In this document: positions 12,421 to 25,437 of the stretch, in pieces | How the letters are laid out: each line of letters starts with the position of its first letter | How positions within the stretch are numbered: the first letter of the stretch is position 1 | Source: Oikopleura dioica | Taxonomy: Eukaryota > Animalia > Chordata | Length of the DNA stretch: 64,000 bases | Direction of reading: 5' to 3' | Assembly (NCBI GenBank): GCA_907165135.1 | Contig: OU015567.1 | Coordinates: 11,718,001 to 11,782,000 of the forward strand | Notes under the pieces: model-generated | Told to the model about the DNA's origin: nothing | Database searches by the model: none | What the model saw: only the letters and a program-made list of their open reading frames with translations | Program-made: the position numbers and the translations under genes

Positions 12421-15400
12421 TTATGGATCGGCATGATGGAACGTGCTTTTCCGCGGCTTGCTCTGCAGTCCGATCGCTACTTTCACGCCGCCAGACAGCG
12501 AGAAGTTCACCGTTGTTGTCTCCTCCAGAACTTTGCTCACATCAATCCAGGACTTCGAAAAGTGACCATCTTTAGTGTAATCAATCAATGGCCCATCACC
12601 GGAAGTATCGTGAATGAGAGAAACTCGTGAATGTTTTTGCTTTTCAACCTTCTGCGGCTCTTCTTCTTTAGCTACCAGTTCGAGATTATCGTTGATTTCG
12701 AATTTGACCTTTTGCGTCTTGCTCTTCTTGATGATGTCGATTTTCTTCTGCGAGTCTTGCTTCTTACGTCTGCAGCTGACAATGTTTCTTTTGAGAACAT
12801 TAAGCTTCGGTCTTGGAATGTACTTGTGTCGCGCTTCGCAGAAACTCTTCCAGAAGTTAAGTAAGAGCGGGAACACGTCGATTGTGATATCATGGAAGAG
12901 TGATCTGTTCGCCATTCCAAGCTTGATGTTTTCGATCACTGTCGAGGCGATTTCGGAAGCGACATTGATTCTGCACTTGGGTGGAATAGGCGAGCTCAAG
13001 AACTGGTCTGAAATAAGTCTTGCTTTGGCAGCGAGATTTTTCTCATCCTGTGCATTGTAGACGCCAGAATCGCCCATTTGCGCAACATGTTCCGCTTGAG
13101 TTCTGTAGCATTCAACTTCGAGCCAGAAGCGGAAATCATTAATAAGGAGCTCAGCTATGACATTTCGTCCTTGCATGCGTTTTTGGTGGAACATCTTGTC
13201 ATTCGCCATAAAAGGGTCAATAGTCGTAGCTACCACTTCGACCCAACCTTCTTTGTGGTAGAGAGTTGGGTCGCGGCCAACCGTGAGAAGATACTGTTCA
13301 AATTCTTCTCTCAGTTCTCGTTTCTTCATCGTTGCCACGAATCTAGCTGCTCGTTTGATGAATGCACTGAAGACTTTCCAAATGTTGGTTCCATTTCGCC
13401 CACTGGTCATTTTTAACAAGTCTGTACGATCGCGTCCTATCTCCTTTGGCCCATGTGGTCCAGCTTTTTTGACTTCTGTGAAGGTGGAGAGATAGCGTTC
13501 TCCCCACATATCCTCAAGAGCTTTCATCACACAAGCTTGGGCAGAGATGAGCATTGAAACATTGACTTTCTCCGGAGGAGTCCGCATTATCTCTCTCAGA
13601 ACTTGGCCGTCGATTCCAACGCCGAGAGCACCACTGGAAGCTGAGAAAAACTGACTGACGATGACTTTGATCTTCATTTGTCTGACTTTTGGGTCTTCTA
13701 CGTGCTTCATTACTTCTACAGCTTTCCAAAATCGAACTGATCGCTCAAAATGGTAGGCACGAGCGAATCGCTTGAAGAATTCAAAGTGAACTGGATCGCG
13801 AACACAGTCGACCAAATGTTTCGGTCGCAGAATAGGTCGCTTGAAGACAACCCCGTTCTTCCTGATCGTCGCTTTCATGTAGCTTGGTACTTTTCCAGAG
13901 TCATTTTGTCTAACCATTACGCGTTTCTTGACGACTGATCCTTCCTTTGGATAATCATGAGCTGCCATAAGTGCTAGTGTAGCTGGATCAACTTTCGGCT
14001 TGCGAAGATAAATTGGTGGCGCCTTGTCTGGAATATCTCCATCATCGTCCGACTCTTCTCGGAGAAAGTGTGACTTTGGCAGGTTAGCTGTCAGGCGGCA
14101 AGTTTGCTCAATAAGATAGTATGATCTCTTCGATCGTCGTGCCATTTTAGTTTCTTCAGAGATTTCCTTATCTTTTTGGAAAAGATCAATACGTTGCACA
14201 GTAGATTTTCTACTGGTCATCAGCGCTAGACGATCCTTCATCTTTTTCTCAGCTGCACTCTCTACGAGCGGGTTTCCAGATGACTTTCTCGCTTTAGTTT
14301 TTCGGTTTTTCTCCACGATGGTTCTTGCTCTTCGCGCTTTGACAATTTCGTCTTCTTTTGTTGCCTTGATGTAAGCGCCAAGCGGTATGGGTGGCGCTTC
14401 TTCTCTAAATGCGGTCTTTATTGAGTCCTTGATGAGGGTCGCATTGATTCTGTATTCAACAACATCGAGTATTTTGAGGGCCTCGCAAAAGTTACGCACG
14501 TCAAAGTCGATATAATCCGTCCAGATGGCGCACAAGTAGTCCATGCACTTTCTTTGGACTATCCTCAGCTGCCAGGGGAAGGTGACGGTGTTGAGAATGT
14601 CGATATCTCCGAAATAGTCTGAGTATATGGCCATCCCAGGTATGACCTCCCGCGCGTGATTGTTGAATACGTACTTGTTAATGATATTCTCCATCTCGAG
14701 CTCTAATTCGCTCTGATGCATACATCCAAATTCTTCTCTGAATCGCTCAATGTCCTGCCAAAAGTCGAGAGCGAAGACGGCGGTGTCGTCTTCTTCTTGC
14801 TCGCTCAAGTAAGCCATAAACGGTCCAGCGGCAAACTCGTCTGATCGCAAGGCAGCCTTGAAATGGCGCATCTCGTGCCGGAACACCGAATCTTCGTAAA
14901 TGGAGTATATCGATTCAGGATCTTGATCGCCAGCACCAAAGTTGACTCTAATCTTTTCGGTAAATGTTGACACCTTTAATGCTTTCTCGATGAATTCTTT
15001 CTTCTTGCGACCGAGACGGCGACTTCTTTCGTCCATGATATCGTTTACATCATTTAAATTTTTCCGGGTATGCTCTTTTTTCGGCTCTTGTTTAACTGTC
15101 GGTTCATGTTGCAAGAGATGTCGTTTCTTGAGCGTTTTGAGCGGACGTATTTTCTCAATGGCGTTGCGGCGACGATTCAGAATTTGGGGATTTATACTCG
15201 CCATGAAACTATTTCGGAGTGTATCTTCGTCATTAATCTCATCATCGTGCACTTCCAGACGGTTTTCTCGCTTCGTGATAACCTGAACAAATAATGAGCA
15301 AAGAAAACTCAAGTAAATTATTACGAATTTATTAGTCTAACGATTCGACGGCCACGTAAAAAATATTTTTAAACCATACCTTTACTTTTTGGTTTTCCTC

Positions 15401-17592
15401 ATCTGCGTTTGCTGACATGGCGAACAGCATCTTTGAGCCTGTGATTTTTTCTTCTTTTTGCTTTGGTTGCTCCTCTTCGTTTTTCTTAGCAGCCTTTAGG
15501 GCGGCGAGTAGTCCCTTAGCTCCACCGCCCAACTTTGGCGCTGGACTTGTTGCGCCATCGCGAGATGCCACATCCGTTTCTGAAGTGTTCGCCTTCTTGG
15601 TTGCAACTTTCTTTTTCCAACCAAGAGCTAGTGACTTTGCTTGAATGATTGAGGCAAAACCAGGAGCAGCTTTCTTGGAGGCTCTGAAAAAGATAGTTCA
15701 ACTCAAGGAAGATATTTCAAAAGATTACCTTGGTGGTGGCTCCTCTTTTTCTTCATTTATTGTTTCTTCCTCTTTTTTCTCCTCCGTTTCCTGATCTTTA
15801 TTTTCATCCATTTCCATTATTTCATTTCCCATCTTGTAGCGAATCTTTTTTCCGACAAGGCCGATTGCCTGATTCTGATCATTTGACTTTGTGGCTCTCG
15901 ATTTTTTCGTCGTCCTATTTGGGAGAGAAGCAATCGAGGCACTCTGTCGTACCGTTCCTCTTACAGTTCTTCGTTCATGGTGGTCTACCTTTTCTTCGTC
16001 TTCAGATCGCTCACCTTTGTCGAGTTTTGGCGGAGGTGCTTTTTGTTCTGGCTTTTTGAACTTGTTGATTGCTTTTTTGACACTGAATTACGGTTTAGTT
16101 TTCCGCTACTCGAGCAATAGACTTACTTTGCCATGCGGGAAAATATGTTCGTCATGCTTTGAGCTCCTGGCTTATTGCTATTCTGCTTCTCTTTCTGCTG
16201 AAGATTGATTTGACTCAACTTTTTCCCACGAGTTTCGCCGATTCCAAGTTCTCTTCTTGAATTTCTAAGGATGGAAGCACCGCCATCTCTTCGCTGCCCC
16301 AGTTCGGCAAAGGTTAACCTGCTCTACACAAGTTTGAAATGGCCGTCGAATCAACATTTTCACTAAGGTAAAAAAATTGGACTTACCCTTGTTTGACGGA
16401 ACCCGAGATTATGCTCTGACGTCGGTTTTGCGAAAGTGACGTTGATCCCGATGCCAGAGAAGTTCTTATCAAGTGCGAATCTGGAAGCAGTTTCACGAGA
16501 AGTGAACGAGTCTTGATTGAGTCGACGTATTGGCTGAAAGAGTTTCTATTATTTTTTGGAAAATAATAAAATGACTTACCCTTCTTGAGTTTATCTCTTC
16601 TGTTGGCTCAAAGAACAGATTCATGCTTGGATCGTCATCGATTTTCGTGTTTGAAAAAGCTCTGCCAAGATCTTCACTGCTCAATCTCGAGGTCGAAGCG
16701 ACGAGATTCTTGAGTAAACCGATAATTGACGGATCGTCAGAGTCATTTTCGTCTTTTTGTTCTTCGACCTTGACGTGGAGCAGGTATCGTGGCAGCCAGT
16801 ATGTGCAAAGGCGATTGAGCACTTGTTGGGAGATCTTCTTGCAATGGTCGATTGTCGAAAGACTGTCGTTGAAATAGCCGAGGATCTCGATCAAACTTCG
16901 GGGCAGACACCAGTTTGAAGTCTCGTCGAAGAACTTGTCACGAAGATCTGCGAGGAAAAACTGACTGTCTTGGTCATTCTAAAAGACTTTATTCATTTCT
17001 AGAACATTCAATGTTTTTTACCTCGTGATGATGAAGGAGCACATGCTGAGCAGAAATGAAGAACGCCACCAATTTGATGCCCTCTCCATTCTCGTTCAAA
17101 AACGTGCAGAACTTCGAAAAACGGCTCATTCTGTTGAACGAGCGCTTTTGCAGCTGGCAAAGCTGATTGGCAACGTTTTTGTGGATGGCAGCTTCGGTAG
17201 AGAGGTTGAATTTGGTGAGCATTTTCGCGAGCTTGTACTCCGCATAAATGTAAGATTTTAGGAAAAACTTCATTCTTGTTTCCCAGCACCACTTGAATCA
17301 AAACGTAAATTTATGTTCGATGATAAGTTTTTACCTTCGCAATTTGTTCTTTACTCAGATTATCTTTCATTTCGGGGTCGAGGAAGAAACTTTGTTCAGA
17401 ACGGACATAGACAACGCGCTGGCCAAAGAGGGGCAACGAGCAAAATTTGTTGAAATAATCACAGAATACATCATCCTCTAAGAGCCGCTCGAAGGCCTCA
17501 AAGGGAACTAAAAATCTCTTAGGGACCCATCTAACTACCGTAATTCGCGAACAGACTTCGAAAAAATTGATAAACTTACTTTCGGTCGCCAT
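12421..17592 (-). CDS. RGS22: Regulator of G-protein signalling 22-like (multi-RGS-domain)
   Basis: N-terminal FERLLEDDVFCDYFNKFCSLPLF matches the RGS22 N-terminus. RGS-like segments ALDFWQDIERFR, FEFFKRFARAYHFERSVRFWKAVE and FRFWLEVECYR lie in a 2.9-kb last exon. Confidence 0.8.
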
Positions 17593-17876
17593 ATTCTGCA
17601 ATCCGGGGGCCTGCAATTGATGTTCCTTCGATGCGGCCTCGCCGGCAACTGACGATTATCGGCGAAAATTGCATCCGACAAAACATGTTCTAGAAAAACC
17701 TTGCAAAATTTAAAAAATTGAAAGGTGAGATTACAATTTGTAATCAATTCTCGCAGTTACGACTTGGCACACCCACGACCTGAGACTGTTTACATATCTC
17801 TTGCGAGCCCTTCTCATAATATCTTTTGTTGACGGATCTTATTATTTTCATTCTGTCAGAAGAGAGAAGTTTCAAC

Positions 17877-19718
17877 ATGGAGCCGATAATAATTCAAAAT
17901 TTTATAAATGGCGAGTTTTTCCCTTCCGACGAGTTCATCGATTCTGTTGATCCCGCGACCCTTGAAATCGTTTCCAAAGGTGAAATTAATATTTTATTTC
18001 TTCATAAAACTAGTTTCAAAAGTGCCAAGATCAAGGGCAGATGATGTTGACAAGGCCGTAAAAAGCGCACAAGCAGCCTTCGAGAGTTGGTCTGTTTTGC
18101 CGCCCGCTAAAAGAGCGCAGGAACGGATTAACGCTCTTTTATTGACCTTCCTGGCAAGTTCGTGTGCATAAATCTGCCCGCGGTTGAACTTGTTCGGGAA
18201 ACTCTCTGTTACCCGGTCCAAAGTACATTTTCAAAATTGCTGATCTCATCGACGCGAATCTCGAGCGACTTGCTCTCCTTGAGTCACGAGATCAAGGGAA
18301 AACTGTTGGTGCTGCGAGGATGATTGACATTCCTCGAGCAGCGGAGAACTTTCGATTCTTTGCCAAAGTCATCTCCAATCCTGAACCTGAAAGGACAACT
18401 CTATCCGAAAATGCTCGTGGGACTCCATTCACTGCGATTTCATCAACTAATCGAGTTCCAGTAGGAGTTGCTGGACTCATCTCTCCTTGGGTAAAACCAT
18501 CTCTTTCCAATTTTTACTTGACGATTATTAAAGAATTTGCCCTTGTATTTGCTCTCATGGAAAATTGGCCCAGCGCTCGCGTTTGGAAATACCTGCGTTT
18601 GTAAGCCGTCGGAAATGACATCAACGACGGCTTATGAGCTTTGCAAGCTTATGGTTGAAGCCGGCCTCCCAGCTGGAGTCTGTAACATGGTATTTGGATA
18701 TGGACATGAAGCCGGTGAGGCTCTTGTTTTGCATCCTGATGTACCTCTTGTTTCTTTTACTGGATCAACTGCAATTGGTGCTAGAATCATGGAAAAGACA
18801 GCTCCGATGGTGAAGAAAGTATCACTTGAACTTGGCGGCAAAAACCCTGCTCTCGTCTTCGAGGTAAGTGATTTAAGGTAGTATGTTGTTGAAACTTATT
18901 ATTGTAAGGATGCGGATATTTCCGCAGCAGCAGCTGGCTGTGCCATGAGCAGCTTTACCAACCAAGGCGAAGTCTGTCTTTGCACAGAGCGAATTTATGT
19001 ACACGAGTCCGTCTTCGACGAATTCATGGATAAATTCATCGCTGAAGCTAAAAAATTTACTGTCGGGCATCCCAGAAGTCCAACGACTCGCTGTGGAGCA
19101 CTCTGTGGGAAACCTCATTTTGATAAAGGTTCACAAAGTTGCATTATTGTTTGGGTTTTCTCATTCCTTTTTTTAGTTATGGGATTCTTTGACTATGCTC
19201 ATGAAAAGGGATACGTCGTTTATGGCCACGGAAAGGATCAGCTCGAATTGCCACAGAATGTTTCCAACGGTCTCTTTGTTCATCCGACTATTTGTGCAAA
19301 TGTTCCAGAGGATGATAGAGTAAGTAACTGCTAAAGAGAAAGTTTCATATAGATTACAGATGATGACTGATGAAATCTTTGGCCCGGTCACTGTTGTTAA
19401 TAAATTCTCGACAGAAGCTGAAGCTATTCAAAAAGCAAACGCCACTAAATACGGTCTTTGTGCGACTGTTTGGAGTCAAAATCTATCGCGTGTTCAGCGA
19501 GTTCCGAGGAAAATTAAAGCCGGAACAGTTTGGGTTAACTGCTGGCTCATTCGAGATCTTCACATGCCATTTGGTGAGGTCTCATCATAAATACATTTTT
19601 CAACTCATTTTTAGGTGGCATGAAAGCATCAGGAGTCGGACGAGAATCTGCTATTGAATCGATGGAGTTCTTCACTGAGCAGCAAACAATCTGTTCTCTT
19701 TATGACCCCAGATCATAG
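17877..19718 (+). CDS. ALDH8A1: 2-aminomuconic semialdehyde dehydrogenase
   Basis: QNFINGEF, ESRDQGKT..ARMIDIPRAAENFRFFA, GLISPWN-type segment, SFTGST, SLELGGKNP, NQGEVCLC, DEIFGPV, PFGGMKASG. Confidence 0.92.
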
Positions 19719-19953
19719 AATATTTAATAAAATCATATTTTCTGCCTTGAACTTTTTTACCAATCAACAGAACATTTGCAAATCTATGTCACAGAAATTT
19801 GTTCACCATTGACGAAGTCAAAGTCTAAATTTGACCCCACTCCAGGCAAGAATTTCGTTGAGATCACGCCTTGGCACCAATCTGTCAGAATCGTAGCATT
19901 TACTACTAACAGTCTTCATAATTACTATCTCTATTTTATTCCAAGAGACAAGA

Positions 19954-21449
19954 ATGAAGAAGATCGAAAGCTTGGGCAAGCTCAAAAAGAAATGGGAAGA
20001 TAATCTTGATGAAGTGATTCAATTCTGGTCGAAGAATTCCATTGACGAAGAGTATGGTGGCTATTTTACCTGTATCGACGCGAAAGGCACTGTACTTGAC
20101 AAAACAAAGTACCACTGGCTTCAGGGACAGGCTCTTAAAAGATCAGAATAGTTCTGACTTTCTCTATTCCAGAAAAAGAGCCAACCAAACAGGGTCGTCA
20201 AGTGTGGACTTTCTCAAGACTTTATATCGATTCAGGCAACATGGACTTCTTTGCCGTCGCTTATACTGGCTACAAATTCATGCACAAAGCAAAGGCCGCC
20301 GACGGAACTTTGTTTTTTTCAACGACTCAATCTGGAGAGCATTTGCATTTTCAGCGCAAGCCTTACGCTGCGGTTTTCTATTCAATGGGTCTCTTAGAGT
20401 TCTCCAAGGCAGTTTTGAAGCTGCCAAAGGATCATGAAATGAAGTCCAAACTTGATGCGAAGAAGATAAAGGCGGAAGCTGAAGTTTACTATGATAAACT
20501 TCGAGCTTGGATGGCGGATCCGACCCTCATCGGAGGCCAGGTATGTACCGATGGTGTTCTCAAACTTTATTAATTATATCGTTATTATTAATATCCCTAA
20601 AAAGGCAGCGGATCGAAATACAAGCAAATTGGGCGATGTTATGTGCATTTGTGGACTTGCTGTTGATTTCTATGAGGACGAAACTGATGAGACCAAAAAG
20701 TCCAAATACATGGACATCATGAAGGATGCAGCGAAAACGGCAAAGCTTCATTACTCGACAGAGCATAAAGTTTTCATGGAAAACGCACTCCTTGAAAAAG
20801 GACTGGATTTTTCCACTCCAGCTGGGCGATTGTGTAATCCAGGTGTTGATAAATCCCAAGTGTAATTTTAAAATAAATTTAAGGCCATTCAATTGAGGTG
20901 TCCTGGTTCTTGCTTCATCTGAACAAGTATATTCACGATGAAAGACTTCAAGTAATCGCCCTTGAAGGCCTCTTAGGGACTCTAGACTTAGGCTACGACA
21001 AGAAACATGGAGGCATAACCTACATGCTTGATATTCTCAACATGCCATTGATGGATGCAACTGTAACAGCTGAGAATAAACTCTGGTGGCCGATGTCTGA
21101 AGCTCTTTACGCAACAATTCTAGCTTTTGAGCACACAAATGATACAGTTAGAAAACAAACCAAATATCAGCATCATTTTAAACATTTTAGGTGTTTTACG
21201 ATTGGTGCTTGAAATTGTGGGAATGCATCGAAGACAAGTTCATCGATAAAGTCAACGGAGGTGATTGGTTTGGCTATCTTCGAAAAGATTGCACCGTCTT
21301 TAACCAGCTAAAGGTATTAATTCTTTGAAAAAAAATGGGTTCAATTTAATGATAATAAGGGTGGCAACTACAAGGGATGCTTTCATGTTCCACGAGCGCT
21401 GATTTACTCAATTTCCTCTGCTGATCGAATTATCAAAGCTTCGCAATAA
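19954..21449 (+). CDS. RENBP: N-acylglucosamine 2-epimerase (renin-binding protein)
   Basis: FWSKNSIDEEYGGYFTC, KYHWLQGRQVWTFSRLY, RLCNPG, GYDKKHGG, KLWWPMSEA, DWFGYL, KGCFHVPR. Confidence 0.92.
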
Positions 21450-21886
21450 ATTACTGCTCAGAAAGATGTTTTTTTGGCAGATCATAATTATGGTGCCTCT
21501 TTTGCAAAAGGACTGTCGCTCTTTGTTGTCTTCTTTTCCAAAAACAAAAACTCTTCTATTTTGTGACAAGCATGGGTGTTATTGTTTCCCGAAAAGATCT
21601 CGCGCCGAAAAGAGCAATTCCGGCAGTTCATCAGATAACTCCCCTCTGCTTGCAGATTTATGGAGAGATTTCTCCCGTTAGTCTGCGTTTTGAAGGGCCT
21701 GGAAGAGAGACAGAGAGAGGCGGAGAGAAGCGAGAGATAAATTATCGGAGTAATTATTGACGATTTCAACTGACTTGATCATGAGTGATAAAGTAAGGTA
21801 GCAAAACAATGAACACGAAGGCACATTTCTAGGAAAACGGGCGATACGAATACAGCGGAACAGAAATCGGCTCATATTTCCCTGTG

Positions 21887-24800
21887 ATGCCACATGCCTT
21901 CGCGGCTAATCCCCACGTGAATCCACACATTCACCCTGCTCCACCTCCTCCACACCGCGAGTTCCCAAATCACAGCGCTTTCGCCACTTTCGCACACCCA
22001 GGTAATCATTCGTTCGAGTAAAAAATTGTTTATTCGCATAAAATGGCATACAAAATTAATACGGCTTGAAAAGGGTTTGCATGTTGCCTTGAATTCCTCG
22101 AGCAGAAGCAGTTGGCGTCAGAAAATCGTACATTCCAATCGGTTTTCTAAAAGCAAAAATGAAATTAAACTTGCTCAGAATTTTCAAAAACACTACCCAT
22201 CGTCTCGATAAACCGGTTTTGCTTCTGGCTCCTCAAAAAGCTCGAGTATCATTCCAACAGTTTCTTCTAAAATGGCGAAGATCTTGAACAGAAGGCGGAA
22301 GATTTCTTTTGGAATCATAAAGCCGAGTTTCAAAATCTAAAATTTTCTTTGCGAGATTTATTGCAAATCAAGAAGTCTTACGCGAAAAAGGGTTGCAATT
22401 GTTGAAGTGATGATTCTGAAGATCTTAGTAATGAAATCATAGACGACCATTTCGAGGTTAAAAAATAGACAAAACTGCGTTTTCCCAAAGAGAAAAGGTC
22501 AATCAGCGCTTAAATTCTAGAAAAAATATCTTGGTTTTTCGTTCTAGTTTTGAGAAATTGTCTTTCAATTTGGAAAATTTGCCATTTTGCAGTGACGAAT
22601 AAATTTTTTTGCTTTTTCATGATGTTTTTCTTCCCGATTTTGCAGTGAGAATAAAAGTGATTAGGGATTACTCTCCTTTTCTCACGATAAGAAAGTCCGC
22701 AGCAACGCTCCCGGATTCGTCAATTTCGTTCACTTTCATTTCTCGTCTTTTCAAGTTTTTCCGCCAACTTGGATATTTTCAACGATTTTCGACTTGTTCC
22801 CTGGATCCTAATTTCGCTAGAACAGAAACCGCGCGCGGGGTGTTTTTTATTCCGCCATTCAAAGAGAGACTTTCGCCATTTTTGACAACGATATTCGTCC
22901 TTGAGAGATTTCCGATTTTCTTTTCTGATGGAAGACCTTACTCAAGAAGAGAAAAAGGTTCAGGAGGTCGAAGAGATCGCTCCTGAAGAGACCTTCGACG
23001 CCGAAAATACGGAAAACGCGCCCGAAGACCAAGATGACCAGGCTAGGGCAGATAAACACTCAATTTTTCATGACATTTTTAAACTCTTTTCTTATCCTCT
23101 TGAAAGAACGAAAGCGTAAAATCTGATGAGGCTACACCTGAGCCGTCAGAATCGAAATCCCCTTCCTTTCAACGGGCCATTCCAGCGATTGACTACGCTC
23201 ATAAACCCAAGCATTTGCGCGAGGAACGGGAATAGCAACTCTAGAAACATTTTTATACACTCACACCTAAGATGTGACATCTTGTAATTCCATCGCAGAG
23301 ATCTTTTCGCGGTGACGATGGAGATCGTCTCCATGGATCCTTCGCAACCCCGGGAGGGTTTGCTGAGTTTGCCGCTTCGTACTACCAGCATCAACGGCAT
23401 CATCCTCATTTTATGCATGCAGGTGCACCCATGTTTTACGCGCACGGTCCCGGCGGGGAGCATATGCAGGGCTTTCACTACGGTAATTTGAATGTTAATT
23501 GAAGTTATGTTCGTTCATATGAGCTTTCAGAACCGATGCCCCGAATGGCGCAAGCGCCTATGATGCTAATGCCTCTTGGGAACGGCCAATGGGCGCCTGT
23601 GTTGATGACCTCTGGTCACCTGCCTCACTGGAGCTATCCGTCTCAGTACTACCCTGCGTATCATCCTCACCAGCCTCCAGTAGCGCTTCACCCAGTCGTC
23701 AGCTCCAACGGGAACAACAACTCCACCGGCTCGGTTCCCAACAACTCGACTGACGTAAGTATCTACATCGAGGGCGAGATGGTGACCCTACCTAAGCGCG
23801 ACCAAGCAGGATCCTCGATGCATGACAACTCATCTGACCCGCAGCTCAACCTCAGCGAAGAGAATTTCCCCTCCCTCCCAAAGTCAAACAAGGTGCAAGA
23901 GTTCAATCCAAACGGAACTGTTAAGTAAGTTTCGTATTTTCGAAAGTAACAGTGTTCTTACAGAATCGTAGTCCGCTGCCTATCCCCTGTAAAACGAGCA
24001 CACGCATAGAAGAAAAGAGTTCCATTGGTAAGAATATTTTCTTTTGATTATTCTTACTTTGTATAAATTAGTAATGAAGAATAAAGATGCGGCGATCCGA
24101 GTCAATACAGATAAGCACACTGGATTAGTAACAGTTGAAAATCCCCCCGAATGGGTTAACGAAGAACCCTCCAAACTCGGTAAGTTCATCAGATAAACTC
24201 GAGATGTTCATCCTCGATTTCAGAAAATAACGAGAATAGCAACGAGTACACGACCGAGGATGAACTCGAAATTCGCGATGTCTCCCAGCGACTCTCCTCA
24301 ATCAGATTTCGCGAACACCAGGAACTTCCCCTACGCGAAGTTCACGAGCTGCCACAACTTCGGTAAAGCCTTAGACGAGCGCTGTTTTCTTTATAAATTT
24401 ATTTCAGACCTGCATATCCCGGCCATAAGCCCACAGCTGCGCAATCCCGCCGCTTGCAGGAACTAAAGGCTCAGTAAGTTCCATTTCCATGCGATCTAAG
24501 TTGATGTGCATTTTATAGACCGCGGTCAGTTGATTATTCGGAGCAATCTTCTCTTCAAGATAACCTGGCAGTACCTGTCAATACTCCTTGCACGCCATGT
24601 GATTCTGAATATTCAAAAGGTGCGTTCCTTTATTTTAACTTCTATTTATAAAAGTATGCATAGTAAATATGCCGAATCTCGATAAGTCAGTTGCTCCAGA
24701 CGATCTCGTCAAGGCCACTGAACGGGTCCGACGTGACCGGGAGGATCTTGATGTTACTGCAACTATTCGCCACCACAGGTAATAAAGAAGTTTCATGTCC

Positions 24801-25437
24801 TATCTTTAACGTTCACCTAGGCGATTCTTCAGAGGCTCAGAGCGCGAACTAGAGTGCTATAAAGAAGGACAGCAAAGCGAAGAACGCGAAGTTCAGCAAG
24901 TCCAGATTGAAGAGCAGACCGAAGCACCCCAAGAAGAGCCCTCTGGATTTCGGGTGTGCGTCTGCCAGTATCCACCAGGATCTGAGAGCAACGGGCAAGA
25001 AATGGGACGCTTCATTCACAAGGTTGGTGGTCACCTATTTTTAATGGGCAAGACCTTTACGGCAGGTTGTGAAAGCAGTTTCAAATTTGATTTCAGCCTG
25101 ACTACGATCAATCTGGCCATTCAAAAGACTGGGGCGATCGCCAAGGCGTCCCACCAGTCGCTGCTGGAGGATACGTTGGCCGTCCTTATCGAGGAAGAGG
25201 TCGCGGACGTGGATATCGTGGCAGAGGACGCGGTCATCGTGGAGGACGTGGCGGCTTCCGGGGCAATTTCCGAGGACGGTAAGTCAATTCAAATTGGAAG
25301 TGTGGATCCAAGTCTCACTTAGTTTCTTCAGAGGCGACTCGAACGGCTTCCGACCTCGATTCCGGGAGAGCTCCTTTCCTTCTGAGGAGCTCGGCCCTCC
25401 ACTCCCTCGCCGCCGAAGAAACCCACGATTCGATTAG
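21887..25437 (+). CDS. Uncharacterised low-complexity protein: His/Pro/Tyr-rich N-terminus, NLSEENFPSL motif, C-terminal RG/RGG repeats
   Basis: Spliceable exons give acidic and His/Pro-rich segments, LNLSEENFPSLP, and YRGRGRGRGYRGRGRGHRGGRGGFRGNFRG near the end. No folded RNA-binding domain recognised. Exon boundaries partly uncertain. Confidence 0.6.

Noticed and set aside
22021-22610. Possible decayed inverted-repeat element
   Set aside because: Only short patches (TTTATTCG, AAAATGGCA) pair in AT-rich sequence, and no TSD was found.
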